Shown: positions 1-12,940, numbered from the stretch's first letter. The stretch: 64,000 nucleotides of DNA from Octopus sinensis (GCF_006345805.1 NC_043000.1:21328001-21392000), one strand, 5' to 3'. The notes: generated by a model not told the origin, from the letters alone. Numbers and translations are program-made.

Positions 1-149
1 GGTAGATAACTGTGGATTTATCAGATTGTCTCCTCTTGAAAATATATTAATTTATTTGTTTGTTTCTTTCTTTGTTTGTTTGTTTATTTATTTATGTATT
101 TATTTATGTATTTATTTATGTATTTATTTATCAAATGCAAAGCAAATTA

Positions 150-2228
150 CTCTAGTCAACAGCCAATTTTCATCAGGGATATTATATGGTGTTTTATATG
201 TAGTTTTGTCAGCAGATTTCAAAAATGTAATCGGTTTCCTTCTATCGGGCACAGTTTTTCGGATGAGATAAGAGAGAGGTATATAACTCCCATCAGCAGT
301 ATCGCTACACGTAAACGTCTTATACAGGTAAATTCTGATTTTTGTTTTATAACTATTTGTATTCATTTTGTAATTTTATGTTTTCATAAGCTTTTCTTTT
401 CATAAATTTTACTTTCTGTTTAAGGTGCCAAATCATCATCATCATCATCAAATTCTACTCAGAATATCAAGGCATTGCAAGAACAGTCCGGATATATTTT
501 GTCATGTCTGTGGTTCATTTACCACCAAAACCCAGCAACGTGCCATCACAAGTGAGATCAAGAAGATCTACCAGTTATATTTTGGCTGCTCTCTTGGGGA
601 TCAAGATAAGGGTCCCGCACATCATCTGCTCAGCTTGTTCAAATGGACTAAGGGATTGGCTAAATAAGAGGAAGAGAGCAATGCCGTTTGTAATGCCTAT
701 GATATGGAGAGAGCCAAAGGATCATTTCTTGGACTGTTATTTCTGCAACGATAATGTTTGTGAGTTTACTGTAAAGACAAAGCATAAGATTGTGTATCCG
801 AACTTGGAATCAGCAAGAAGACCAGTATCACACAACGATGATGATCTTCCTATTCCAATACCACCAGAAAATGACGTTCAGATGTCTGACGAAGATGTAT
901 TTCCTGAAGAAAATACTACTACTGTGGAAGACACCGAAGTGGATGCAGATTTCACGATTGAAAATGAAGACGTACCACAGAAATTTTCTCAAGGAGAGTT
1001 AAATGATTTAGTTAGAAACTTGTCATTGTCGAAGGATAAAGCTGAACTATTACCATCTCGCCTAGAAGAAAAGTGTTTGCTTAAGCAAGATGTTTGTATT
1101 ACTTATTTCAGGAAGAGAAATAGGGATCTGATTTCATGCTTCTCTGTTGATGGACCACTTTGTTTCAGTAATAACACTGATGAGTTATTTCGCTGTTTGT
1201 TCTAAGAGCATGTTCCAGCTGAATGGCGCTTATTCATTGATTCATCTAAGAGAAGCCTCAAGGCAGTACTACTACACAATAAGAAACCATCCATTCCCAT
1301 AGGACATTCGATGCACATGAAGGGTTGTTACAAAAACATGCAAGTACCCCTCAATGCCTTAAAGTATACAAACTACAGCTGGAAAATATGTGGAGACTTT
1401 AAAGGTGATTGGAATGTTGATGGTAATGCAATCTGGGTTCACAAAATATTGTTGCTTTTTTATGCCCATGGGACAGCCGTGCAACTAACAAGCACTATGT
1501 GCAATCAGAGTGGCCTTTGCGAAAATCATATGAGCCGGGCATATTCATAGGTCCACAGATAAAAGAACTCCTGAAGGGCAACCACTTCCTCACAGCACTG
1601 GATGAGACTGAGCTTAAAGTCTGGCAATCCTTCAAATGTCTCTGTGAAAATTTCCTAAGCAACAAGAGATCTCTAGAGTTTAGAAATGGAGTGAAATGTC
1701 TTCTAGACTCCTACGCTGCAATGGGCTGTCGGATGTCCATTTCCTTGATTCACTTCTGGACATTTTTGCAGAGAACCTTGGAGCAGTGTCTGATGAGCAA
1801 GGGGAACGCTTTCATCAAGATATTGCATCGATGGAACAACGATATCAAGGGTTTTGGAATGCAGGAATGTTAGCTGACTACTGTTGGATGTCATACAGGG
1901 ATGAACCTGAGACAAAACACCATAGAAAGTCCAAATCCCAAAGATTTTAAGTTGTTATGCATTTGAATGTATTCTAACTTATATGTAGACAATAATTTTA
2001 ATTTTGTACAATAAAAAGCCATGAGATTATCGTATCTTGTGTTCAATATACTTTATATAGAAATGCTTTACTTATCCTATAAGATAAAACAGCAAGTATC
2101 ATTAACATGAAAGTGTGACCTGATTGAGGAAATCGGACTTCAGATTCGTAATCAGCATCAAAAATTAACCCAGAAAAGTCAATCAGCAACTCTGATAATT
2201 AAAAAAAGGTTCATTTTGTTGACTAGTG
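150..2228 (+). mobile_element. Decayed CMC-superfamily (Chapaev3-like) DNA transposon with both termini
   Basis: Termini CTCTAGTCAACA (150-161) and TGTTGACTAGTG (2217-2228) are inverted, with one mismatch. Subterminal regions are imperfectly inverted. The interior encodes a broken transposase. No clear TSD. Confidence 0.7.
425..1950 (+). pseudogene. Frameshifted Chapaev-like transposase
   Basis: ORF pieces give CKNSPDIFCHVCG, WREPKDHFLDCYFC, LSLSKDKAELL, FIDSSKRSLKAVLLHN, WKICGDFK, IFIGPQI and SDEQGERFHQDI...MLADYCW. Stop at 1203-1205 and several frameshifts. Confidence 0.85.
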
Positions 2229-2779
2229 TTTTTTTTTTAAGGTGACAGAGAGATTATAGATACACATTGTAGATTTAAAAACTGTATTCTCAAGGCTACA
2301 TAGGGAACCTTTACTTTGCCACATTGAACTGCAAGAAATAGCAACGAAGTTACTTTTGAAATACATCCTAAACGAAGTGGACATTGTCGGGACGCGTTGG
2401 ATTATAAATTTTCTCCTTCAAATCTGGCCTGGGGCTAAACAGCAATAACGGCGACTTCGGCAACCACGACCACGACGTCTAGGCCGTCATCAACATCAAT
2501 ATCGTCATCATCGGTCATCATCATAACCAGCAGCAGCATCACCACCACCACCACCATCGCCATAAGTCAACATCACCATCTGTACTCAGGTTGGCAACTC
2601 AATATTTATATACTTTTTTCTTGTAGCTTTATCTGCTTCAAGTTCGAGTGTTAAAAACGAATTCACGTCTCTACAAGTTTTAAAATTCTTATGACGTGTT
2701 CAGTTTTTCGTGAACCCCCACCCCGTTTTGACAGGGTGCGGTTCAATCTTTAATTCATGTTTAAAGATAGGCTTACACC

Positions 2780-3365
2780 CTAGCCTAGCTAGAATGTGTG
2801 CCGCCTGGAGCAGCCCTTCCTTTTGCTGCTCCCGGGCGCCACAAAAAACACATATTGGATCTTTTCGGTTTGACCGGCAGTTTTTAAAATAATTCCCACG
2901 TAACTAAACACTTTTAAACTTCGTATACTGGTAGAATGTGTTTGTAAAACATCTTTTTCTCTTGGCTTTATTGAGAAAATTCTATATTTTGTAAGATATT
3001 TGTTGGGTTTTTTTTTTCAATTTCTGCAATTTCAACCAATCAATGACGTCTATTGAGGTGAAAACATTCTGTGCCGTATGAATATGTCTCTCGTTTAAGA
3101 AACAGATTGGGTTTTATTTACATTTCTGAAGAAAAAAAGATACCCTTCCCCCCACCCCTAACCCTAAAACAGATTGAAATGCAATTGATCGATACTAGGG
3201 TCATAATTATGGGTGACAATTTCATATGACTCCGCTACAAAAAACTGCCGTTCAAACCGAAATGATCCCACATATTGCCTCCAGCAGACCCAAGAATGGT
3301 GCCCCTTTAAAAGTGCCTTCCAGGGCGGACCGCCTCTATCGCCCCCACCCCTAGCTACGCTAGTG
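2780..3365. mobile_element. ~170-bp CACTAG-ended MITE split by a nested insertion
   Basis: Ends CCCTAGCCTAGCTAG and CTAGCTACGCTAGTG. Reverse-complement similarity to the uninterrupted copy at about 55696-55870. Confidence 0.6.
2857..3268. mobile_element. MITE with 29-bp TIR (GGATC...GATCC) and 8-bp TSD
   Basis: TIRs GGATCTTTTCGGTTTGACCGGCAGTTTTT and AAAAACTGCCGTTCAAACCGAAATGATCC. TSD CACATATT at 2849-2856 and 3269-3276. Internal CCCTAA repeats. Confidence 0.9.
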
Positions 3366-3709
3366 GCTTTACATAATATTGACACATCAAAATCAACTAC
3401 ACAGAAAATGAAACACAATATAGACTAGTATTTACATAGACTGGTACGTAGCAACACAGTTTTGGTGTCTAAGTCAATAGTGAAAACAAAAAAATAAATT
3501 CAAATGTAGGAAGAAACATTTTGTTTTCATTTGTTAATTGTATGACTAATATTAACTTCCGGTTATGTAACAGTATTAGAGATACAGCACACCGAACGTG
3601 TTCCTGCTTGTTTACAGTCGGAATCAAAACTTGGGAACTGCGTGTATTAATTGAAGAACCCATAATCATTAAACTTATGATTAGGAGAAAGGCCATATTA
3701 TTTTAAAAC

Positions 3710-4185
3710 AATAATAATGAAATTATTGTATACAGTGCTCAGGTGCACCACAACTTTTCAAAAGTGTGTATAAAGCATATGCAGTAATGTACAAATGTTT
3801 GGAAAATGAACAGTGTATGAGCCAGATACATACTTGCGTGTGTATGGAGGGGAGAAAATCAGGTGTAGTGTTGGCGAATCTCAGGAAGCATGGAAGTTTT
3901 GAAGGATGCAGTGCTCTGACAATTAACAACTGATGCCGGCAGTTTGTTATATGCTTCAGCAACTCTTAGCGTGAAAAAATGTTTCCGAAAGTCAAGGGAG
4001 CTGTGCTGTTTTCTGACTTTGTAAACATGTCCACGGGTGTTAGACAGATGGAGTTTGAAAAGGTGCTCAGAGTTATTGTTTGTAAGATGGTTAATAATTT
4101 TATGGGTGTCTGCCAAGTCAGCTGCCAGACGTCGGGGTTTCAATGTATCCATGCCCAGGGATACACATCGTTGTTGGAATGAAAA
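3710..4185 (-). mobile_element. CR1-like LINE 3' fragment
   Basis: Minus ORF contains TRGHVYKV...RKHFFTLRVAEAYNKLP, the typical CR1-group ORF2 C-terminus. Confidence 0.8.
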
Positions 4186-5095
4186 AAGAAAACGACTGCT
4201 TTACACGGATATTGACAAACATACATGTTACGGTATTTGTTCCGACTCTTTACCTTCTGGTTTTAAATCTTGCCGAGATCAACTTCGCCTTTCATCCTTT
4301 TGGAGTCGATAAAATAAAGCACTGGGAGTTCAATAGTATTGACTAACCCTCTCTCTTCAAAACTACTCAATTTGAGACTAAATTAGACAACCATTATTTG
4401 CTTAAATTTCTAACTTCATAGTGTCAGTATTTATATAATTAATTGCGATTTTTTAAAAATATCTATTCAGTATATCCATCTGTGTATTATACTTAAAGCA
4501 GATACATTGCAAAAGTCAAATTAACTGCGGTATTCGTCCGGAGATAATATTTCTTAGGGACGTACACTGTCTAAAAACACAAAAGTATACCAGTAACAAA
4601 CGAAAATCGGCTACTGACAAAGCTCAAAGACACTGAAATGCGCATCTAGCGTTGTCAACGCAGCTACTGGATGATTTTCGTTTGATGCTGTTATATTTGA
4701 GCTTTTAAACACACTGCCTCCACAAGGGATATTATCTCCGGGTGAACGCCGCAGTTAATTTGCCATTGTGATATATTTGCATTAAGTATGATACACAGAT
4801 GTATATTTTAATCGAATATTGTTTCTGTTGCATATAACGGATATTCGTTCAGTAATTTTTCTCACCGGGTTAATGTTCAAATAATCGCTGAGCTTAAGGT
4901 AATCGTTTTATTTCAGAATTTTGTTTCAAAATTATTTATTTTTATTATAGAATAATGGATTAGAGTAGGTTAACTGATAAAATTATTATTACGGTTTATT
5001 GAGCGTTGTCATTATATTTACTCATTTCTCTACTCATTTACTGAGAACATTTTACTATAATACCATCAGTTGCCTTTTCGCACATTATATAGTTT

Positions 5096-5166
<71 letters not shown>

Positions 5167-5377
5167 ATAATACATACTAATACGTACTAATACATACTAA
5201 TACATACTAATACATACACCAACCCTATACATACACACGTCCAGACCCCTCATACGCACTTATACTCTCTCATACACACACACACTATACATACTAATAC
5301 GTACTAATACATACTAATACATACACCAACCCCATACATACGCACGTCCACACCAATCCTACGCACTAATACTCTTT

Positions 5378-5414
<37 letters not shown>

Positions 5415-5556
5415 ATACATACTAATACATACACACGTCCAGACCCCTCCTACGCACTATTAGCTGGTCCTTCAACCATATTATCAACCCTATTATCTCC
5501 CCTTATTTCGCTCTCGCGTCTCATGTTTGATCTTTGACCTCTGGCCGAAATCAGAT

Positions 5557-5770
5557 CGCCATGTTGATTCGTTAGCTACTGCACGCATTTTTTTTCTCTC
5601 CTTCTTTCTGTGTTTTTTTTCTCTCTGTGTATCTTTCTGTTGAAGAGCGTAGGCTCGAAACGTTAAAGACTTGTTTTATTTATATTTCCTGAGCGCCATA
5701 CTAATACAATTGTTCGTTTGTTTTCCACCTGCCTTCGTCTTTTGTCTATTTTCATAAAGCTTCCCGTTAT
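5557..5770 (+). mobile_element. ~210-bp hammerhead-bearing repeat, copy 1, ending in (TA)n
   Basis: Similar to 27806-28002, 31450-31555 and 49460-49645. Confidence 0.7.
5632..5669 (+). ncRNA. Minimal type I hammerhead-like fold (A6U core variant)
   Basis: TCTTT-CTGTTGA-A-GAGC(GTAG)GCTC-GAAAC-GTT-AAAGA. Stem I 5 bp, stem II 4 bp, 2-bp stem III. Confidence 0.55.
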
Positions 5771-5774
5771 ATAT

Positions 5775-5820
<46 letters not shown>

Positions 5821-6034
5821 ATATATATATAACGTGTGTGTTATATATATATATATATATATATATAACGTGTGTGTTTGTATATATATATATATATATA
5901 TATGTACGTATATGAATGCAGTTGTCGTTCTCTATAAAGGAAAGAGAATCAGAATAAAGTGTGGTATTGTTTTACTGTCAGTTGTTGTGTAGGTTCTAGC
6001 AAGTATCTTTCTTTCTCGCCTAAATAAATACCTT

Positions 6035-6900
6035 GTAAATGACGTCCTATCTGAGTCTCAAAGTGGCTTTCCTTCTGGTAGAGGAACAACTGGTAAGATT
6101 TTCATAGAAAGACAGATGTAGAAGTGCTATGGGCAAAATGTAGATTTTGTCCAGCTTTTCGTTAATTTAATCAAACCCTTCTATACTGTGAATAGGGCGT
6201 CCCCGTGGAAAATACTCGCTAAATGTTGTTGTCCAAGTCACTTTGTATCAATAATTAAGTCATTTTGCGATGGGGTGGAGGTATAAGTCAATGTCGTTGG
6301 TTGCATGGTGTCATCCTTTCCTACAGAGAATGGTATCAAACAAGGTGACATCCTTGCTCCTACCCTCTTTTCTTCGTATTTTGCTGTTACTTTCACTCAT
6401 ACCTTTGCTATCGATTGCTTTTCTGGAACATATGTGAGGACCGATCTTCTGGTCGTCTCTTCAATTTGTGTCGATTTACAGCCGATTCGAAAGTTTTTCC
6501 CTCACTTATTCGTGACCTTTATGTGGATGATTGCGACTTAGTCGCTCATACAGTTGAAGATATGCAAATTCTCATGGATCATATTTCTGCCTCTTGCCAA
6601 GCATTTGGACTGGACATTAGCCTGGATATGGCTGCTGTAATGTTCCAGCCAGCATCAAGAAACTGATATGTAAAAACCATCTTTGTTGAAGTAACAGTAT
6701 TGAAAGATTGAAAGTGATAGACAAGTTTGTCTACCTGGGCAACAAACAGCCGATCTTGTTCCTTGGATAATAATATATCTTTAAGGCTTCAGAAACTGAT
6801 TCTTTTAAGGCACTCAAGTTTTGTGTCTGATCCAAACATGGCATCTCAAGGTGAACAAAAATTGCTGCGTACCGTGCATGCGTGCTCTTTATCCGGCTCG
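6035..6900 (+). mobile_element. Decayed RTE-clade LINE reverse transcriptase fragment
   Basis: LSESQSGF..GRGTT..IF, GIKQGDILAPTLF and LYVDDCDL motifs, with stops and frameshifts. Confidence 0.85.
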
Positions 6901-7204
6901 TTATGTTCTGAGTTCGAATTCTGCCAAGTTCGACTTTGCCTTTTATCCTTTCGGGGTCAGTAAATAAGTACCAGTTGAGCAGTAGAGTTGATATAATCGG
7001 CTAACCACATCCCCAATTACTGGCCTTGTGTCAAAATTTGAAACGATTACTATTATACCTACAATGAGGATTCTAACATTTACATTTATTTCAGTTCGGG
7101 CGAACTTCCGCCATTGTTTATCTTCTTGATTATCTCTACCTTTTTAGTTTGTGTTGGTTGTGCATTGAACAGATATTGCTTAATTTTTGTTGTTGTTTGA
7201 TCAT

Positions 7205-7480
7205 TCTCGAGCCATGCCTGGCTCATAAGGGCTGGTTTCCCAATTTCTTGGCGTATAGGTTCCCCACCTGGACGGGACGCCGGTCCGTCGCAGGTAAGCT
7301 GCAAGAGTGAGAGAAAGTTGTGGCGAGAGAGTCAGCAGAAGTTCGCCATTACCGTCTGCCAGAGCCGCATGGAATTTAGGTGTTTTGCTCATAAACACAC
7401 ACATCACCCGGTCGGAGATTCGAACCCGCGATCCCTCGACCGCGAGTCCGCTGCTCTAACCACTAGACCATGTGCCTCCA
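7205..7480 (-). mobile_element. tRNA-derived SINE
   Basis: Minus strand GGCACATGGTCTAGTGG (A box) and GGTTCGAATC (B box). Similar to 58670-58965. Confidence 0.8.
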
Positions 7481-7863
7481 TATTGCTTAATTGCAATATA
7501 TAGTGTTGTCCTTTATGTTATGGATGAATTGCGACCAGTGTTTGTAGAAAAACATGACTATAAAAACTATATCGACATAACTATTAAGATAAAAAACCGA
7601 TCGATAAAATAGTAATGGAAGCGAACGCCAGACTCAGACCTATAAAGACAAACTTCACGTAGGGTTGACAAATACCTTGTTTGTTTTGGTTGGGTAAACT
7701 TGAATAAATTTTATAGATAGTTAGATTCAACCAATGGAACAAAGCATGTTCAGAACACCGTATAATCTTCGATAATGACTGATGGCAATCGATCGGTTTG
7801 GAAAGTGTGGGGAATACAGTGCTTGTTTTTATCGATATGAGATAACAATATGATATGCTGTAA

Positions 7864-8279
7864 GGCGGCGAGCTGGCAGAAACGTTAGCACGCCGGGCGA
7901 AATGCTTAGCGGTATTTCGTCTGCCGCTACGTTCTGAGTTCAAATTCCGCCGAGGTCGACTTAGCCTTTCATCCTTTCGGGATCGATAAATTAAGTACCA
8001 GTTACGCACTGGGGTCGATGTAGTCGACTTAATACCTATGTCTGTCCTTGTTTGTTCCCTCTGTGTTTAGCCCCTTGTGGGTAATAAAGAAATAGGTATT
8101 TCGTCTGCCGTTACGTTCTGAATTCAAATTCCGCCGAGGTCGACTTAGCCTTTCATCCTTTCGAGGTCGATAAATTAAGCACCAGTTACGTACTGGGGTC
8201 GATGTAGTCGACTTAATACCTATGTCTGTCCTTGTTTGCCCCCTCTATGTTTAGCCCCTTGTAGGTAATAAAGAAATAG
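7864..8279 (+). mobile_element. SINE family C with tandem duplication of its 3' 184 bp
   Basis: GGCGGCGAGCTGGCAG head and GCCTTTCATCCTTTCGGGGTCGATAAATTAAGTACCAG-type core present twice. Confidence 0.85.
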
Positions 8280-8884
8280 TAAAGATGTTGGAAGGGAGTG
8301 GGGCTGTTATTATTCGCGAAGATCAATGGAGCATATTGTGTATCGGAAACTGAACTGAAGTTCGCTTTACAACCATGTGGTTTCAGGTTCAATCCCTCGG
8401 CACATTGGGTAAGTGCCTTCTACTCTAGCTTCTGACCGACCAGTGCCTTGTGAGTGAATTTGGTTGACGGAAATTGTGTGGAAATTGTTTTTTTTTAATA
8501 ATATTTTTATTGCTTTTGTAAAATCTCAGAAAATAATTAAAAATTCACATTTTTTGTCAAATTATTTTGTTATATTTGTCTATCTATCCAACTGTAAACA
8601 TTTTAAATATTTCACTAACTTTTTGCTATAACTTGGCAAAAGGGTACATATTTTGCCAAAGATTGCTAAAACAATTTGTATGCGCGTGTGTGTGTGTGTG
8701 TGTGTGTTCACCATCGCTTGACAACCGGTATTTGTGTGTTTATGTCCCCGCAACCTAGTGGTTCAGCAAAACAAAACGATAAAATACTTACCGGGTTTTA
8801 AAATCGCTTCTTTTTACATGACCACACTGCGAGGCTGCGTATTTTTTTAAAATACGAATTTACGTATCCGTCAACACGGGACCA

Positions 8885-8981
8885 ATGAATAGAAAAAGTA
8901 CAAAGGCGTCTGATACTAACAGACGACGCAGACGAGTGTGTTCTCTACAGGAAAAGGTAGAGATGATCAAGAAAATAAACT
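8885..8981 (+). mobile_element. Possible pogo/Tigger transposase N-terminal fragment
   Basis: MNRKSTKASDTNRRRRRVCSLQEKVEMIKKIN resembles the CENP-B/psq-type HTH start of Tigger transposases. Confidence 0.45.
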
Positions 8982-9286
8982 CGCCTCGAGTTTACAGTCA
9001 GTGATTCTACTATCACTGATTCATTTATCACTGTATACCTGGGATGAACGAAACTGCCAACCGTCCGGTGTTTGTGCGTATGGAGTAGCTTTGTACATTT
9101 TCAAGAGTATAATTTTGTTTCTCCATTATTTTCGTAGACCGCCAGCCTGATGGTATTTCAGCTCTTACCTTTAGTTTGTCACTTCTTTTTTTTTTCTTTT
9201 TATTTGCTTCAGTCATTGGCTTGCGGCCATGCTGGGGCACCACATCGAAGGGTTGAGTCGAACATATCGACCCAAGTACGTATACA

Positions 9287-9289
<3 letters not shown>

Positions 9290-9322
<33 letters not shown>

Positions 9323-9357
9323 TATATAAATATATAATATATATATATAATATATAT

Positions 9358-9404
<47 letters not shown>

Positions 9405-9623
9405 ATATATATATATATAATATATATATATATATATACTTGGAAAAGGGTGCGTGGTGTTCGATCATATAATAATATAAATAATATATAAATATATGCA
9501 TATATACATACATATATGTACATACCTTATGCATGTATATATATATAAATATATATACATATAGATGTAGGTATGTACATATATGTATGTATATATGCAT
9601 ATATTCATATATTATTTATATAT

Positions 9624-9682
<59 letters not shown>

Positions 9683-9700
9683 TATATATATATATATATA
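9290..9700. repeat. (TACA)n/(TA)n compound microsatellite
   Basis: Direct inspection. Confidence 0.95.
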
Positions 9701-9965
9701 TTCGAAATACGAAGTAGTAAAACAACCGACAACTGATGAAGGGTCGTTCTTTATGTTGCTTGTCTTGTTTTCCATTTGTTTCTTTCGTTGTTCGCAAAAA
9801 AAGTTCATATTCCATGTTGTCGTATGTCCTATTTTACGTTGTTTTCGTATTTCATATTGTTTATGTTCTGCATGTGTATATACATATATGTATGCATGTA
9901 TGTATATATATATATTATTTATATTATTATATTATTGGACGCCACGCATCCATTTCCAGGTAAGT

Positions 9966-10008
<43 letters not shown>

Positions 10009-10060
10009 CAACAACGAAAACTACCTTAGGAATGAGAACCCAGGTTCGAAATTTCCCCAA

Positions 10061-10106
10061 GACACCTTATGAAGGCTGGAGGGTATATCAGCTGAAACGT
10101 TGCGTT
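10061..10106 (+). ncRNA. Decayed minimal type I hammerhead-like fold (second repeat family)
   Basis: GACAC-CTTATGA-A-GGCTG(10 nt)CAGCT-GAAAC-GTT-GCGTT. G5 is mutated and stem I has one mismatch. Confidence 0.5.
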
Positions 10107-10643
10107 ATCAACAAACAAGATGAGGACAAATATCCGTCAAATGTAAATAATGTAAATAATGTAAATAAAAAAGTTTAAGTTTGTGAAAATATGAGAGCAA
10201 AGATATAGAAAAAAAAAGAAACAGAAAAACTTCATAGATTGCTCTTTGTGTATTTGTGTTGTGCTTCAAGGTGCGTATTTAAGAAGTCGATCGACTATCA
10301 CAGTATTTTCTCTTCTAATTCTTGTTCGTTATATTGACAAAACACGAACTCTTGAATCACAAATTCTTAACCTTTAGACATTGCAATATTTCAACAATAT
10401 TTTTATAGCGAGATTATCCGATTTATTTATCGTAGCCATTTCCTAGCGACCATGTAAATATATTGGTTAGTAACATCAATAACTTGGTTTGCGTCACCTT
10501 AAAAGATTTGAATTTAATAACGAGACTTTATTAGTTTCCTGCGGTCTGCAGTTTAAAAAGATTATTGGTGAAATAGGCGGATTTAATACGACTGAGATGT
10601 TTTTGAATGTCGTGTATGCATTCTATAGAATAATTAGAAAATA

Positions 10644-10932
10644 TGGCGCAGGAGTGGCTCTGTGGTAAGTAGCTTGCGTACCAACCACATGGTTCTGGGT
10701 TCAGGCGGATTTAATATGACTGAGATGTTTTTGAATGTCGAGTATGCATTCTATAAAATAATTAGAAAATATGGCGCAGGACTGGCTGTGTGGTAAGTAG
10801 CTTGCGTACCAACCACATGGCTCCGGGTTCAGTCCCACTGCATGGCACCTTGGGCAAGTGTCCTCTACTATAACCTCCGGCCGACCAAAGCTTTGTGAGT
10901 GAATTTGGTAGACGGGAACTGAAAGAATCTCG

Positions 10933-10975
<43 letters not shown>

Positions 10976-11160
10976 TGTGTGTGTGTTTATGCTTGTTCCC
11001 CCAACATGGCTTGACAACCGATGCTGGTGTGTTTACATCCCCATAACTTGACGGTTCGGCAAAAGAGACCGATAGAATAAGTACTAGGTTTACAAAGAAT
11101 AGTCCTGGGGGCGATTTACTCCACTAAAATGACTGAAACAAATCAAAGAATAAAAGAATA
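10644..11160 (+). mobile_element. tRNA-derived SINE family A, head duplicated with its 5' flank
   Basis: GGCGCAGGAGTGGCT..TGGTAAG head and internal (GT)n. 128-bp tandem duplication at 10575-10702 and 10703-10830. Confidence 0.85.
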
Positions 11161-11753
11161 TCGGTTGAGATGGAGAATATCCAAAAGCTAAAACGTATGA
11201 AGTATGGTAATATAAGAACTACAACATGGCTGTGTTGTGAAGAAGCTCGCTTTGATTTTGAGTTCAATCCCATTGCGCAGCATCTTAGTCAAGTCTTCTA
11301 CTATCTCTGAGTCGACCAGTGCCTTGCGAGTGAATTTGTTTAATGGAAACTGTCTGGAAGTTCAAATTCTGTCTGAGTTCAAATTCCGTCGAGTTCAAAT
11401 TTCACCGAGGTCGACTTTGCCTTTCATCCTTTCGGGGTCGATAAATTAAGTACCAATTACGCACTGGGGTCGATGTAATCGACTTAAACCCTTTGTCTGT
11501 CCTTGTTTGTCCCCTCTGTGTTTAGCCCCTTGTGGGCAATAAATAGGAAACTACCTGGAAGCACGTCGTGTATAAATCTAGATGTGTTCGTGTGTGTATT
11601 TGTGTTTGTGCTTGTTTTCCCTCTCCACTCCCTGACGACAAACGTTAGTTTGTTTACGTATCCGTAACGTAGCAGTTCGGCAAAAGAAACCGATAGAATG
11701 AGCACAACAACTTTTAAAAAAATGAGTACTGGGATAGATTTGTTTGACTACAC

Positions 11754-11900
11754 CAATAGTTCTCAACCTTTTCACTACCAAGGACCCCTTTTATTTAAAT
11801 GAGTTTTCCCACGGATCCCAGGATGCTGAAAGGTTTTTCAGTGAATTTCGTTCGCGGAACCCCAGTACTATCTTTGCGGACCACAGGTTGGGAACCACTG
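11754..11900. mobile_element. hAT (Charlie-like) MITE
   Basis: TIRs CAATAGTTCTCAACCT and AGGTTGGGAACCACTG. 8-bp TSD GACTACAC at 11746-11753 and 11901-11908. Confidence 0.85.
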
Positions 11901-12058
11901 GACTACACCCTTTAAGGTCGTGTCCCAACATGTACGCAGTCTAATGACTGGAACAAGTATAAGATACAAAAGAAAAGTTAAATATAATATCACTGGCGGT
12001 GCCCCAGCGTGGCCACAGCCTAAGGGCTGAAACATATAAAAGAATAATAACTCATATT

Positions 12059-12482
12059 GGATCTTTTCGGTTTGAACGGCAGTTTTTAACATAATTTCTA
12101 GGTAACTAAAAAATTTGAAACTTCGTATACTGGTAGAATGTGTTTATAAAACATCTTTTTCTCTTGGCTTTATTGAGAAAATTTTATAGTTTGTAAGATA
12201 TTTGTTTTTTTCTTCAATTTCTGCAATTTCAACCAATCACTGACGTCCATTGAGGTAAAAAGCATTCTGTGCCATATGAATATGTCCCTCGTTTAAGAAA
12301 CACATTGGGTTTATTTACATTTGTGAAGAAAAAAAGATACCCTTCCCCCCACCCCTAACCCTAACTAACCCTAACCCTAAAACAGATTGAAATGCATTAG
12401 ATCGATACTAGGGTCATAATTATGGGTGACAATTCCATATGACACCGCTAGAAAAAAACTGCCGTTCAAACCGAAAAGATCC
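12059..12482. mobile_element. Second copy of the GGATC-TIR MITE
   Basis: Same TIRs and body as 2857-3268. No intact TSD (flanks CTCATATT and ACTCCGGC). Confidence 0.85.
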
Positions 12483-12940
12483 ACTCCGGCTAGTTATATT
12501 CTAAGGAAAATGGAGAACACAATACCAAGCATAACAATTAGAAACGCTAAATATACCTACCTACTTTTACCTTTGTTTATATGTTTTGGTCATTGGACTG
12601 CGGTCATGCTGGAGCACCGTCTTAATGGATTTAGCCGCACAAATCGAACCTACTACTTTTTTTTTTACATCTGGTACTTATTCGATCCAGCGGTTTTGGC
12701 GAACCGCTAACTTACAGGGAAACAAACAACCAATACCAGTTGTGAAGCGTGGGGTGGGATACGGCGCGCTTCCACACAGTTTCGTCTACCAAATTCACTC
12801 ACAAGGCATTGACCGACTCAAGGCTATAAATAGAAAGCACTTACCCAAGGTGCTGCGCAGCAAGACTGAACCCGAAACAACGTGGTTGCAAAACATGCAT
12901 CTTACCCATACAACTATCCCTGAGCCTATATATCTATATA

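Noticed and set aside
3150-3170. CCCTAA repeats (also 12350-12380, 44890-44920 and 45095-45122) as telomeric remnants
   Set aside because: They are an internal part of the GGATC-TIR MITE.
7410-7480. tRNA-like A/B boxes here and at 15470, 21917, 27343 and 32296
   Set aside because: They continue into multi-copy SINE bodies, several with TSDs, so they are not tRNA genes.
9725-9765. CTGATGA (and CTGAAGA on the minus strand near 20735) as a hammerhead core
   Set aside because: No downstream GAAA-stem III-UH arrangement.
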